A stretch of DNA of 64,000 nucleotides from the human T2T-CHM13v2.0 reference genome, Homo sapiens. Position 1 is the first letter of the stretch; each line of letters begins with the position of its first letter. Location of the stretch: NCBI GenBank assembly GCA_009914755.4, contig CP068257.2, positions 32,640,001 to 32,704,000 on the forward strand. The letters run 5' to 3'. Below are positions 12,746-28,122 of the stretch, one piece after another. A program made the translations under genes and the position numbers. The notes under the pieces were generated by a model. It had not been told where the DNA came from, ran no database searches, and worked only from the letters and a program-made list of their open reading frames with translations.

Positions 12746-13397
12746 CCGAAGGGAAAAGGAAAGATCCAGTGTAAGTTTCATTTAGATTAAGGACAACGGA
12801 GTAAGAAGCCACTGGAGATGGCAGTGGAGGAGCTAGCGACAGATGGAACCCTGATGAAGCAGGACTCAGAGGAGGTGGTGGGCTGAGTCCCAGAGCCTGG
12901 ACGTAGGGAGGGCTCATTGTACACAGATATGGCAGAAGTTCCATCTAAGTATGTAACAAAATAATGAGACTTTTTAGTCATACACTCAGAGAATATTTGG
13001 TCTTCCATTTAGTCCACTGCCCTTAGTAACATTTTAAAATTCCCTTTAAAAATTTGTCTTTGACTGTATGACCATATTGCCATCTCGGCGAGACAGACCA
13101 GCAGCCTGTTTATCTCACGTAAACCCTCTTCCTTAGCAAATTGTTGGACAGGCAATTCTTTTTTGTGTTCCTTGCACCTCAAGATAATTGTGGCAGGCTA
13201 GACTGCTTCAATATGGGCAATTTCAATGGAATATCTGCAGATCCAATTTACATGGCACTAAATAGTTTCATAAGTACCTAGGACAAGTTAAAAGAGGGAA
13301 CTTTTTCTCAACCTTTTAAAGCCTCGCTTTTGATAAACATACAAAGCTCACATTCTTTAAAAATATTATTTGAGCTTCAAATTCAACTATACATAAT

Positions 13398-13425
13398 CAC
13401 ACACACACACACACACACACACACA
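13398..13425. repeat. (CA)n microsatellite, about 14 units
   Basis: A perfect cacacacaca... run. Confidence 0.95.
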
Positions 13426-15272
13426 ATTGGGCGAAACACTACACTGTTTTTAAATTATGCATGCCTCCACCTTCTAGCATTGCCTCTCCCTTCTCAGGAG
13501 AGTGTGCAGCCTACAAGTTGAGAATAGTAGGATTTATAAACTAAGCAATGAAGGTCAAACAGGCCCATCTAAAAGGCAAGTGAAATAAAAGCTGAGGAAT
13601 TGCAGTAACTGAACTGCTACATCCCCAGTTCTTTACATCACACACTCTCCTATGGAGGCAGGAAATGCTGTCTTTCACTCTGTGCATTGCTATGTTTTCT
13701 CCTCTTGCCATTTAAAATGATTTTGCATGATACTCCTCAGATTGCATAATCATCTCTATAACTGTCATTCCTAGTGACCACTTAATATTCCATTATATTA
13801 ATAGAGTACAGTCTGCCTAAGCCATTTCCTCACAGTTGGGTACCTGGGCTGTTTCTAATTATTCATTTTACTATATGGGAGGGCTCAACACATCTTTTTA
13901 CAGATATTTTTGTTTCCTTGGAATTATTCCTTGGGACATGTTTCTCCAATAGCCCTACTAGGTCAAAGAGTAGGATAATTTTTATGACATGTCACATATT
14001 GCAAAATTGCTCTTGAAATGATTTCTTTTTTCAATTTATGGTGCCGCCAGCAAAGTTGAGTGTGTCTTCTTCCCCAAAGCCCTGTCAACAAACAATTTTG
14101 TCATTTTTATTCATTTCCCCTGTTGTTCTCCTGATTGTAGCACAATCCATGTAGCTAAGGAGATGCAATCAGGGAAAAAAATCTTCCCCTAATTAAAGCC
14201 TGGTGCAGCAATATGTGGGTGGTTTTAATATATATCATAAAGAGTTAAGAAACATTCTATCATTCAAGAACAAAAATGAAAAAAACATAGGGTTTTTTTG
14301 GGTTGTCCTTATAAAGGGTTAGGAACAAAAGAAAGAACATACATAAGACTACACAAACAGGGAAATGATGAGAAGCATTGTATAAAATAAAACAAGAATG
14401 TAAATATTCTTGCTTTATTTTCAGCACTTCATGAAGCAAAAGCATTACTGGAATTACTAAATCTGAAAAAGCTAAGCTGTAGAGTAAGCCTTGTCTTTGT
14501 TATTTCTGTTAAATATGTTAAATTAAACACGATATATGGGGTATTATCTTTCTCTCCATTTGGCTTGAAATCTGCTTTCTCTCTCAATAGACATAATCCA
14601 AAATAAGAGCAATGAAAGCGCTATTGAACTGGATTTTGCATTTTTAAGAGTGTTCATTATTTATATAGTAATCCCTAAAGACCTCGTGTGGTACCTCTGG
14701 TGTTTGTAACGGACAATGGATGTATACAGCACATTCCTTCAAGAGGACTGCTGTATTCATACTTTATTATTTTTGGACATTTAAAAAAGATTTCCTCTAA
14801 AGGAACGAGACTTGTGTTTTTAGGTTTCATGGAGAATTTTCTAAAAGGAAACAACTGCAATCAAGGTAGCTACCAGATTATTTCACAAATTGCAATTTTA
14901 TATTCCTAGGGTAGAAAAAATATCTCTAAGGCTGCATATATTGTACTCTCCTTTTAGTTGCTTATTAGACTTTTAACTTCTATGATCTCAAGCTTTTAAA
15001 TTGTTGACTATTGAGAAGTTTCTGGAACACGTTTAGTGCGGCGAGATTTCCCAACACACATTTTTACTGACTGGGTGCCCCTCCTTGGAACAAAGAGCCT
15101 GTGCCTCCATAGCACAGTGAGGTACAACATTGAGGCACCTTCCAGGTAACCCAGGCCAGAAGAACAGCTTCTGCCCCAAGTAGTGGACTTGGTTTATCTT
15201 CATGAGGTGGAATTAAATTCCATTACTTTTTCTCTGATGTTCAGGTCAGCTCCTTCTCTTGACAGCAACTCT

Positions 15273-15376
15273 CCATATTGGGAGTGTTTATGCCTTGGAA
15301 ATTGGCAAATGCTACTAATCAAGTCCTTCACCCACCAAGAGAGGGTTGCTGAACGTTTACCAGCACACCGCTGTAA
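15273..15376 (+). repeat. Recent (about 95% identical) copy of the low-copy repeat also present at 16631-16742
   Basis: ccatattgggagtgtttatgccttggaaattggcaaatgctactaatcaagtcc(t/c)tcacccaccaagagagggttgctgaac(g/c)tttacc(a/g)gcacac(c/t)gctgta is shared almost exactly by both loci. Confidence 0.8.
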
Positions 15377-16607
15377 ATTCCATTACTCTTTCTTTCTGAG
15401 AAATGACTTATTTTTCTCTGTTTTAGCCTAGCTAACATCCCTGTCTGAGAGAGGAGAACTTATTTTTCCCTATTTTAGCTTAGCCAACAACCCTAATGCA
15501 TTGGACATACACTTCCCTTTGGGAAATGGCCCCATCTTGGTCTCTGAGACCTTTTCTCTAGTTCTTCTACCCTCTGGGGACTTCTTATCTGGAAACATTT
15601 GTGGCTCTTCTTCCTCCTGCCTTCAGATGCCAGTGTGTGCCAAGCTTAAGCCTTCTTTTCTGTGTGTCTTTCTCCAGAGAGCTCATGCATCTCAAGGCTT
15701 CTGCCAGCTCTGGACTGAAACCCCAAAATGGACATTTCCAATCACATTCCTCTCCCACAGGCTCCAACCTTGTATCTCCTGACAGTTGTCCACAGTGTCA
15801 CTGCTGTAGACCTTTCCCCTGGTGCATCTCCCTGGCCATTGCCTCCCATGCAGCAGATTTGAGAACTCATCTTCCTTCCCAGGATGTTCAGGTCAGCTCC
15901 TTCTCTCAGCAGCAACTCCCCTCTCAGCCAACCAGACTTACCTCCTGCACCTTTAATGGGCCCTTCTCTGAATTCCCAAAGCTGGGTGCCATATTGTGCT
16001 GGGTTTACTTAAAGATATCCCTCATGTTAGTCTCCCCATCTCCACCCAATCTGTCACCCCAATTTTAAGCTCCTCTTCCTGCCCCGCCTTTGAGTGCACA
16101 CTCCTTCCCCAGTCTGTCCTGTGCACCCCCCTCCAGCTTCCTGAAACATCATGGCAGCTCCATGCTTGGGGGCTCTCAATCCTACTACATTCCCTCTACA
16201 CCAGGTTCCTTGTCTTTCTTGGTCTTTATGATCTGGCTCTATGAAGTGAATGTTATTTCCCTCAAACCTCCTGCATGAATCATTCCCGTGGGACGGTTTT
16301 CCTGTTTTGAATCTGGGCCATAATCATGTGCAGGAACTCTCTCTCATACAGGCTCTCAAGAGCCTGTGCTAAAATTTTCAGGAAGCTTGTGAGCCAGTTG
16401 GTAAACACAGTTGTCATTATACAGTAAATGATATAAACTTACAATTAAATAAATTAGGTTTAAAAAGTTAATAAATACTTAAAACTCATAGCTTCCAAAT
16501 AGTTTTACCATTATCTGTGCTCCTGAGATCATGCACGGCTGTTGTATCTTAATGGTGGAAATACTCTATGATGGTTTGCTAATGCCCATCCCTTCCAACT
16601 ACCCATT

Positions 16608-16745
16608 CCGTGATGTCATGCTGGTCACTTGAGATTAGCCATATTGGGAGTGTTTATGCCTTGGAAATTGGCAAATGCTACTAATCAAGTCCCTCACCCA
16701 CCAAGAGAGGGTTGCTGAACCTTTACCGGCACACTGCTGTACTAT
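16608..16745 (+). repeat. Longer copy of the same low-copy repeat, with about 25 bp of extra 5' sequence
   Basis: See 15273-15376. The additional 5' segment ccattccgtgatgtcatgctggtcacttgagattag matches the diverged copy at 12597. Confidence 0.8.
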
Positions 16746-17884
16746 GCATGCCTTATACATATCCTGTCTCTGGGATTTTGTTCTTTTTTTCCTCCTATCA
16801 GGCATAGCTTCACCTTTTTCCTTGACATAATATTTTTACTGATCTATTAATATCCAGTTAAGTCTCTCCTTTTCCATGACACTTCCTCTAACGGTAGTCA
16901 CTTTAATTGGTCTGTTTTCCATCCAAACCCCTTTATTGTTTATATCATGAACCACAAAACCTAGCCCTTCATAGTATGTTTCCCATTAATTCGTTTTAAA
17001 TGATTGATCCAATCTCTCGTTATTTCATTACGTTTCTTATAGTGAGTGACATGCCCAGTGCTGGTTGCAGTTCTGGCCCAAACCATTTATTACTATTTCA
17101 CATATTTGGGGGGTTTCTGCAAATACACTTATAAACCATGGGAAGCCACCAATCACTGTACTTCAACATCGCTTTTGGGCCCTAGCACAATGCTGAGCCA
17201 CTAACAGGAGATGAGCATATATTTGTAAATCGACATGAAGCTCCGTAAATACCAGGTGCTTAAGGAACAGTGATGGTGACTATGGCTGAATTTCAGAAAG
17301 AATGCATTCATTCAAGTTGCTCAAATATTTTGTCTCAAGTGCTCAAGTTTCAACCCCAAACCTAGCACAGGGGGAGGAGGAGAGACTTAGGGAATTCTTG
17401 GGAGAGTTGAGTTCAATGCCCTGTGGTCAGGTCACACTAGTCCTCAGCTCCATTCTTCAGTCTTTGTATCCAGGTGGTGCTATTTGTCCTGCTTACTGAC
17501 TTGGTTGACAGAAAAGTATGTAAAAGTGCTTGTAAAGTGCTCTTCTAATATACAGACCAAGGACCCGAATAGCCGCATCCTTCACCATATTTATGCTATG
17601 TTCTTCCTCCAGTCATCTGTAAGCAAGGATAAAAGGACTAGTTTGTATCGATTACACACGTTTTTCCTCTTTCTTTCTTGAGTTAAGGAAGCAGAAAGCC
17701 AGGATTGATATATAAAATGGTGACTAGAAAAGACAGAAGCCTGGGCCTGTTGTAGTTATCAGTATTAAGTAGTCATAGACCCACCTCTGAAGGTTGATTG
17801 TGTCCAAAAATTCCTCCATAAATACAGCACCCACAGCTGCTTAATTTTGATGCATTTGGCCATCCTGTGTGGAGAGTAGGGCAG

Positions 17885-18005
17885 ATATTATTTTTATTCC
17901 TATTTTTTGGTCAAGGAAACTAAGGCTGAAGAGGTTCAATGACTTTCTGAAACTTGCATGGCCATCGAGTGGCCGAAGCAGGATGAGAACCTAGGTCCAG
18001 CACAA
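17885..18005 (-). mobile_element. MIR SINE fragment
   Basis: tattttttggtcaaggaaactaaggctgaagaggttcaatgactttctgaaacttgcatggccatcgagtggccgaagcaggatgagaacctaggtccag resembles the MIR core/tRNA-related region. Confidence 0.45.
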
Positions 18006-18491
18006 ATATACAGATACCTGTTGTCTCACTCTAAACCATTCAGCAATATCACTCAACTTTCCATCTTTCTATGAAGATTTAGGTCCAATTGCCTCTTTGC
18101 GACACAGTGTAAAGAACTCTCTTTGGGAGTCACCTGGGTTTCTTTGGAGCATCTCACACTACCTTGGTGTGCCCTAGAGGCTGACACATCTGTCAAAGGA
18201 GATGACTGCACTTGTTGTACCCACCTCATGGGGCTTTGAGAGGATAAAAGGAGCTAGTAGGTGTGATAGTCCTTTGAAAACTAAGTTGCCGCAGGCATAC
18301 AGGACAACATAAGAAATAACAATAGTTCTGTCTCTTTGAAGTGGCTCCTAGAGAAGTTGGTGAATGAAAAAGTTCCAAGTGCATTGTACTTGTGCTCTGT
18401 TCTCTTTGGTTTTCCCTGAATTTTCGTGACTGCATCGTCCATACAAAGGGCATTGAGAAATCCACACAGTTGTGTTCCTTTTTTAATTTAA

Positions 18492-18809
<318 letters not shown>

Positions 18810-19828
18810 TAAGACAGTTGTGGCAGTTTGTCTGAACACCTTTTCATCATGTGGCAAAAGAGATCAGCCATAAATTGGTAACTTTGTACAACTGTTAAGT
18901 CAAGCCCCATTTGTCATTTCTGACATTGAAAAGACATCATATTGTCCCTCAAGTTCCTGTCATAGTCATAAGTACCCGATTCTCGTTGTGGTGGGGTCAT
19001 ATGACTGTTGTAGGTTCTGACTAGACAGTTTGAGAAGTAGGAGAGGCAGAGATGAGTAATCATTCCATGGAGACACCAGATGGGGCAGGCTTTGGGCCTC
19101 TGGTGAACCCATTCTCATCCACCAAAGTGTTCATGTAGTTCTGAGAACAGGAGCAAATAAGGGTGAGGACAGGCATTTGACTGAGTCTCAGTAATAGGTA
19201 TATGAAACGGGGATAGGATTTTTTGTTTTTTTGGTTGTTTGCTTTTTGTTTTTGCAAACTACTCATGTGCTTTTCCCTTTGGCATTTTTGTGGGCAGAAC
19301 TTCCCCCCAGTTCTCCTTATGCAGTTTGAGCCATCTGTTGCCCCTCAGGGAGGTTGGGAAATAATCGGAATTGTTATGTCAGGATGCACAGAGAAAGGAA
19401 GTTTATGACATCGAAAATAGAATTTTGCAGGAAGACAATAGTCTTGAAATCCAGATTTTTTAGAGAGGAAGAGGATTTTCAAAATGTATTAACATTTTAA
19501 AACCCAGAACTGGAAGACTCATATTCTAAAATTTTTCCATAATTATGGAAGAGACAGACTTCAGCCTGTGGCAAGTAGGCTTTGAGGCTTGTTGCTCCTG
19601 GGCAGGGGAAAGCTGTGATCTATGAGAAGAGCTTGAAGGCCACCCTATGTGGACCTGGAATTGTGAGTGCAAAGAAGAAACAAAAAGGAAGACAATTGGG
19701 TCAGGATCAGGGATCTTGATCACAAACTTGTAACCCATGGGGCCACCAGAAACATCCAGATAGCCATGAGAAGGCCAAAAAATCAAGACTAGTGACGTGC
19801 CTTCACAGGTATATAAAAATGGGCTTCA

Positions 19829-20382
<554 letters not shown>

Positions 20383-23300
20383 TCAATTCAATGGGTCAGG
20401 CAGAGGGAAAACCAGAGATTAGCCTCTTTAGATGCCTTCAATGCCAGTATGGAATGGACCAACAGAAGTGCCTGGGTGCCCTCAAAGTGTCAGGCAGAAG
20501 TTGATAAGGAAATCTGGCTAGGGAAGTTTTCCAGTAGCGGGGTTCAGAGATGACTCCCTCCCTCCTCAAAATCATGAAAATTCCATCTTTCCTCCAACAC
20601 TGGCTGCCATATTGGAAAGGAACAAAGCAACCACAGGAGGAAATCTGAGCTGTCCTATACAGGCTATTAAAATACGAGCTACCCTAAAGGGAATTGAACT
20701 TTGAATAAATAGACTCAATGTTTAAATTGAAAGGAGGCAGTTTAAATTGGAAAAACCCTGAACTATTGTCAATTGGCCAATCTTAGTAGCTCCTACTGCC
20801 CAGCAGGCTAGCGTCTCATGAGAAATATCAGATGAAGCTATAGAGACAATAAAGAATAGTTTCTTTGAATCTCTGAGTTGTAATGTGAATAAATTCACGG
20901 TCTCCATATATTTGCATTCTGTGTCTCCTCTCCCCCAGCAAACATTTTGGATCGGATTCCACCCTCCTGCAAGCTTCTCTGAAAAGTGGCAACTGCCTAA
21001 CCTGTGTTGCTGTTCATACTTAGTGTTGTCCTAGGCTAAGGTGAAAAAATTGGCTGGTTATGGGGCTCTATTGGAGGTTTCTATTTTCCCTTCGCTGACA
21101 AAGGTTAGACAGGATAACTGAAAGCCTCACTATTAGAGTCACATATTCCTTCAAGGATGGAAGAGAGGGGAAACTTTCAACACTCCCTAGTCCACAGAGG
21201 AGGACACCCCCTGGGCATGACACATACTCACACACAAATGCATATAAAGTAAACATGTCCAACTACATAATAGTTTGCATTCACCTGTCAAGAGCATGGG
21301 CTAAGGGCATTCATCCCCTCAGGGGATGACTTTGCAATCTTACATGGTCTTTCCTACTGCACCAGAAGTAGGGAACAGAGTAGACTTTCTGAAAAGCATC
21401 CCGACATCATTTAGGTCTTGTGGCAGCTATTTTGCCCTCTAAACTCCTACAGTGTTTTCTTACTAGATTACTTTTCTATTTCTCCCAAAGCTGCATGCTT
21501 GCTGCTGGGGAGGTTATGACCCTAGCCCTGGCTAAACTAGAGTGGAGACAAAGTGACCTGTCCGCCCTCTCTCTCTCCTGGGCCCTGGCTAGGTCACCAG
21601 AAAGGTCTGGGGTAATTTCTTGGCATGGCTGCTCAGCAAGGGCTCAAACAGCAGCTGGGAATTCTCTACACGATATAGACTAAATCCCGAATTCGCTTTT
21701 AGCTTTCACAGGGCTCCCAGGAACGCTGAGATAGAACAATCTGGGTTTAGTCCTTAGGCCTAAAGTCTTAAGGTATTAAAGGTACAGTTTGTTATCAGTA
21801 TTCATGGTGGAGCGACACTACCATGAGGTACTACCCAGGATGCTGACATAAAGAGTCCCAGGTGTGTGGTTTTGAATTTTAAAATATTCTTAAAATGTAT
21901 TACATTTTTAATGCAGGATTTTGATGTTTTTGTGGTAAAATAGAAATCTCTTTCAGGTTATGTACATTAGTACATGTACAATTTTTAGAACAATGCGTGT
22001 CCCATAGCTTGATTGATATTAATAACATCTCATCCAGCCTTAAGATGTTTCTGCCTGGATTGATGCATGGTAGTGGCTTGGTGAAATTTATTGTTTCCTT
22101 GCAAGGCTGGGATAAATGACTTCTGGGTACAGGTATCAACATGCATGAAGCACTTCCTCTGTGGTCAACCTACTTTCCCTTTGGCCTCATAAATGGGAAT
22201 TTGAATAAATATTTACCGTATTGATTAGTTTATGTGGGGCAGGAGTCACTGAGCAGTGCAATGAGTTTAAAATATGGCCCTCTAGCAAATATTTCAGAAA
22301 GGGCCCCTTGCCCTTGATTCATATCAAAATATACTCAGAAAGGATCCGACTCTGTCTCTTGCCAAATGCAGGGTCTGTCTTGGAGACTTTTAGGCCCCTT
22401 AGGAGTGTCTGCCAACAGGCAGTTGTCTTCACCAGGCTGTGAGGATACCACAGCCCCTCCATGTCACCAGTTCTGGTTAAGACAGACGGGCTTGTCTTCT
22501 GCCTCCGAGACTCCTGGATCTTAGCCAGATTCTGGAGTGAGTTGGGGAGTAAGGCTGGGGTGGGGTAAGGCTGCCTGGGGCTGGAAGATGAATGGTTTCA
22601 TCAGTTTCACAGAGGAGGAGGGAGATGGGCTGCAGGGCTTGCAAAACATCACATCTTGGCAAAAATACTTTACAAAACAGGAGATTCCTGGAAAGCAATA
22701 ATGCTGACAGTGGAGAGCCAGTTTTTGGTTCTGATACAGAAGGGGTGCTGAGTCTGAGAACAGGCTGGCCTCTCCCGCTGTCTGCAGGCGCTATTTTGGC
22801 CACAGGCACTGCCTTCAGCTCCTGCTCTTTCTGGGGCGTGTAGCTCTGGGGATACAACTGGAAAACTCGCCTTTGCTTGGGTCAGAACAGGCCTGGAATC
22901 TGGTCATTGTACAGGCTATGCCCCCCACTTCTGGGATCCCCTCCCACTTGCCCGCAGCCTTCCAGACTGAGCTCAACGGCCACCTTCCCCCAAGCGTTTC
23001 TCACCCGGGCCTCGGGTCTGACCCTCCTCTAAATGGCACCACACCTTGTTCCATCTTGCAGTGCTTTCTCACAAATAGCAGTGCTTCTCTTCAACACAGA
23101 TGTAGGTATCTTTGCCCTTTTAGAGTAGATTTCGTGAACTCTTTTGGCTCTTCCGTTGTGAGGATCAAACCAATTCTCTTCAAACAGCTGCATGCAGCCT
23201 CCAGCAGTCTCTGGTCGGTGCCTTGGCCCGTCTCCACATGGGGCCTTCCACGCAGCCTCCTCTGTCCGATGAGATCACACGTGCTCCAAGCAGGCCTGGA

Positions 23301-23713
23301 CTGAGCGCTTGGGTCCCGCACATAGCTAGAGCACTGCAGGCACAGCAATTTCTGTCACCTGGGGTGTGTGTGAATCCTTTGTGAGATTCTTCTCTGAAGG
23401 CTGGGGGGTCATGGCTTTGAGCCAGGGTAGCTGATCAGTAAAAGGCGCTAGGTGATGCCCATCGACAAGGGAGATGGGGGTCTAAACAGGTGAGGACCGG
23501 AGCCTGCCAGCTATTAATTTCCAACACTTCCTCCCAGTGAATTTTCTACCAGAGCTGTGAACCAGAAGCAACTGACTTAACTGAACTTTCTGTCTTCCCT
23601 AACTCACTCCAACTCATGAGGAATACGGCGGTGGGTAGTCTGGCTCTGAGGCGAGGCGCAGAAGGGCTTGGATTTCCACTGGGTGCATGTTATGTGGCTG
23701 TCGTGGGCTGAAC

Positions 23714-24435
<722 letters not shown>

Positions 24436-26828
24436 TAGGCATGTGTCACCATGCATAGTCCTGAATCATCTTACATATTCACATCTTGAAAAGTCTGTAA
24501 GCAATACAAGTGTCACTCATCCAAACTCCGGACACTTCCTCTCTTGGGGCTGTAGAGCTAGCAGGGGAATTCCAGAAAGGAAAAACACAACACGTGAGTT
24601 TATGATCTAGAGTGGGAAGCAACATAAATATGTGTTGCTTGTTCTGTGTGCCCAGGAGAGTCTGATGGCAATAAAGATCAGAGGCCAGGGAGGGTTTGGA
24701 CCTGGGAGGTACTTGAGGGTTGCTTACTGTCCTTGAGATGAGTTAGGCTTGCTGGATTGGAAAAAGGATGTGTGAGGCCACTGATCCCTAAGCTGGCCTT
24801 AGGAGTCCTCTGAGACAGACAGGAAGACCTTGGGCAACCGGAGACTAAAGCAGGCCTGAGGACTGATCACCTGGGTGGATTTTCCACAGCTTCTGCTGAT
24901 GGCTTCCTGGGGCTTATGAAGACCAGGCACTGTGACTCCATTCAGAAGGTCACAGAGGGCAGGTTATGAGCATCGAAGGGATTTCATTCCCCATCTGTGG
25001 TTTCTGAAATTTGTCTCCCTGGAGCTCGCCTGAGAGTGAGTTTGTGGCCTTGGTATGACACTGACGGTTCTTGTATAATTTGCAAAGATTGAGGCAATTT
25101 ATTTTAATTGAAAACCTCTAGGTGTATTTCTGGCAGTGATATTCCCCAGGTGACCCCCTTGGTGGATGGGAAGCTAAACAAGAAAATGTGTGTGTTTCAG
25201 GAAACCTGATGATTCCAGTTTCAGATAAGTCCTTCCAGTCCATCCCCCTAGTCCTGCATCTGCTAATGTGCAGATGAAAGGCTCTGTGTAACTTGGATCT
25301 ACAGAAACTGTCAATTCTGAAAGGCTGCCTTTTGGTCTTAAAAGGTGTCCTTGAAATTACTCCCAGGTTTTGGCCCTGACTGACTTTCCAGTGAAATCTA
25401 ATTGGCCGGGTTTAAAACACAGCTGTGAGGATTTTGAAGCCGCCTTTGAAAGTGAACTGCTGGTGCACTATTGCAATGAGGACATGCACAGAGATCCCAA
25501 CCAGAGCTCAAGAGTAATAATGCTGTGGTACCTTTTGGAAAATGCTGTTGTCAGGCAGCCCCGGTGCGGTGGGAACCATGAGTTGGTTTTCAGGTAGTTT
25601 ATCTTCCTCTCCCCAGTTCTCATCACTTTTGTGTGACTAATGGACTAATCTGCAGATCGCTGTCGGGCAATGGGTATCATCTCTGGACACAAGCAGAGAA
25701 AGCTAATAGACTCCCAGAAGACCGGCCCCATGGCCCGAGCCTCATTATGTCTCTCGGTTTCTAGGCGTACAAGTCGACCATAGATGTACGATGCCACACA
25801 GATATCTGCTAATGACAGAGCATCCCACGTGCCTGCTAGTACGTCCTGCCAGCACCTCACTTTTATAGTGGCCAAACCCAAACGTATATATTACCTTCGA
25901 CCAAATTCATATGTTTCTCCTACCCTCCTAGCATGTTCTCCTATCCTCCTTGTTTCTGCTAAAGGCCCCACCATCCTTCAGTCAACCTGATCAGAAGCCC
26001 TTGGCTGCTTGTCCATTGCTGGCTTTTCCTTCACGTGTCATTACTTGTTTCATTCTAGATCAAATCCCTGTAGTTTATTCTCTCATCACCTCTCTTTAGC
26101 AGAATCTCTGCAGCCACCGAACTGGTTTTCCCATCTCCAACCTGCTGATTCGTAAATTTCAATGTACGTGAAAATCTGGGAGACTGTTAAAATGTAGATT
26201 CCTGGGTCCCGCTCCCAGAAATTCTGACTGGAGGTCTTGGGTGTTCACTCTGTACTTTAAAATGTTCCTGGGGGGTATTGATCCAGTTGATAGAGGACCA
26301 CATTTTGAGAAGTTCTGCTGTTATCTTTCCTGGGCCCTGTGGTCAAAGAAGTCTCCCTATGGCACAGCTATAATTGGGCTTCTCAGATCAAAAGCCACCC
26401 AAGTCTCCCCAGTGCTTAGCACACCACTACTGTACTGAGCCAGGCTTTCAGGACCTTGTGTATGTCAATAGTCAACAGCCTAATTTCCCACTTTTCCCAC
26501 TAACCATGTGGTCTTTTCAGTAAATTTCAAACTTATTTAGGAGACAGTCAATTAAAATAACTATATCAATAGTGCAGAGTCAGTGTCCTATACTAAATTC
26601 TAGTTTAGACAAGTGGTCACAGGGACCAAAGACATTTTAAAAATTATAAAGGGCACATATGTGAAATTTTTTAAAACTTGGTTATTTACTGTGATTTGGG
26701 AAAAAAGCAGTATTAGCACTTGTTGATATTGTTTGAGCAATACTTTGGCTCAACGCTTGAAATATTAGGATGCAGAGGGGGTGCATAGTTTGGAAAACAT
26801 GGCCTAACTAAACATGGCTACTTGGCTG

Positions 26829-27340
26829 TGATGGTTAATTATGTGTCAACTTGACTGGCCACAGGGTGCCCTGATTAAACATTGTTCCTGGCAGAGTCCG
26901 GAGGATGTTTCTGGATGAAATTACCACTGGAATCAGTGCACTCAATAAAGAGGACTGCCCTCCCGATGTGGATGGGCATCATCCAATCCCCTGAGGGCCT
27001 GAAGAAAACAAAACGGAGGGGAGGAATTTGCTTCTTTTGGCTTCCTGCCTGCCTACTTGACGTGGGACAGCTTCTCTCATCTTCTCTGGACCTCTGACTG
27101 GGATTTACACCTTCAGCTCCCCTTGTTCTCTGGCCTTTGGAGTCAAATGGAATCACACTAGAGGCTTTCCTGGGTCTTCAGCTTGCAGACAGCAAATCCT
27201 GGGGCTTCTCAATGTCCACAATCATGTGAGCTAACTCCTCGTGATAAGTGTATTTATGTACGTCAGTATCAAAATCCATACTGGAGTTTTCCAGAGGACC
27301 TTCATGAGAGTTCTGTTTCTCTGGAGAACCCTAATCCAGA
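26829..27340 (+). mobile_element. 5' LTR of the ERVL-like provirus (MLT2-like)
   Basis: tgatggttaattatgtgtcaacttgactggccacagggtgccc...gccctcccgatgtggatgggcatcatccaatcccctgagggcctgaag...ttcagcttgcagacagcaaatcctggggcttctcaatgtccacaatcatgtgagctaa...ttctgtttctctggagaaccct matches the ERVL LTR (MLT2-type) consensus landmarks. Confidence 0.6.
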
Positions 27341-27663
27341 TTTTGATACTGAGAGTAGTTCTAGAGGGCCAGAATTTTAAATATGAATTTTCTAAAATAA
27401 GTTCTGGAGTTTCTGAAATTGAATCTCTAATCTGATTAAAGACACTAATGATGCTATTTCCAGTAGTAAAGAGGGCAATGACAGTCCATGGTGTAAACTG
27501 TTTATAGAAATGCACAAAATAGCTGCATAGAATACGCTTAACTAACTATGAGAAGCAAGGATCTAGGTGAATCTGTATATAATACTTACAAATATTTCTG
27601 AAAAATGAACAAATATAATGAATTGGTTGGTTGTTCCTAATGAGCTGAGCTCAGGGACTTGAC

Positions 27664-28122
27664 GTGCTGAACAGGGACTCCCAGTTCAAGTGCTACGTAA
27701 ATGACTCAAGAGCTTCTTGGTGTGCCCTAAAAAAGACCCTGATCATGTGTAGCCACAGAGCTGAAATTGCTGAAAATCAAACACAGAACCTTATCTTTCA
27801 GCTGACTGAATTACAACGCAAATTGAGCTCCCAGCCTCACAGGGTAAAAGTGAGGGCATTGATTAAGAAAGAATGGGATCCTGTAAATTGGGATAGGAAG
27901 GTGCGGGAAGACCTTGATGAAGCTGGGGACACTGAGCCCCTAAATTCTGATTATTTTGCTTCGCAAGTGGCAGATGTCTCCCCATCTCCAGTGGAATTGA
28001 CCTCCTTACCCCCAGCAGAAATGGCCTCCTCAAACCCAGTGGCCATGGCCTTCCCACTCTCAGGTAATGGCATCATCATCCCAGTGGTATCAGCCTGTCC
28101 ACTTGGGTCTCAGGAGGATTAA
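27664..28122 (+). pseudogene. gag-like ORF of the ERVL-like provirus (152 aa), retroviral remnant rather than a host gene
   Basis: The ORF lies about 320 bp downstream of the 5' LTR, in the position expected for gag. I see no recognisable host-gene similarity, and the assignment rests on position only. Confidence 0.4.

Noticed and set aside
15601-16068. 155-aa ORF (+ strand)
   Set aside because: It is Ser/Pro/Leu/Cys-rich low-complexity translation across a pyrimidine-rich region with internal duplications (15238 vs 15881 and others). It has no domain signal, and long ORFs of this size are expected by chance in 64 kb.
27664-28122. 152-aa ORF considered as a possible host gene exon
   Set aside because: It sits about 320 bp downstream of an ERVL-type 5' LTR and upstream of ERV pol remnants in the same orientation. 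It is far more plausibly the gag remnant of the provirus. There is no splice-site context or host-gene similarity.
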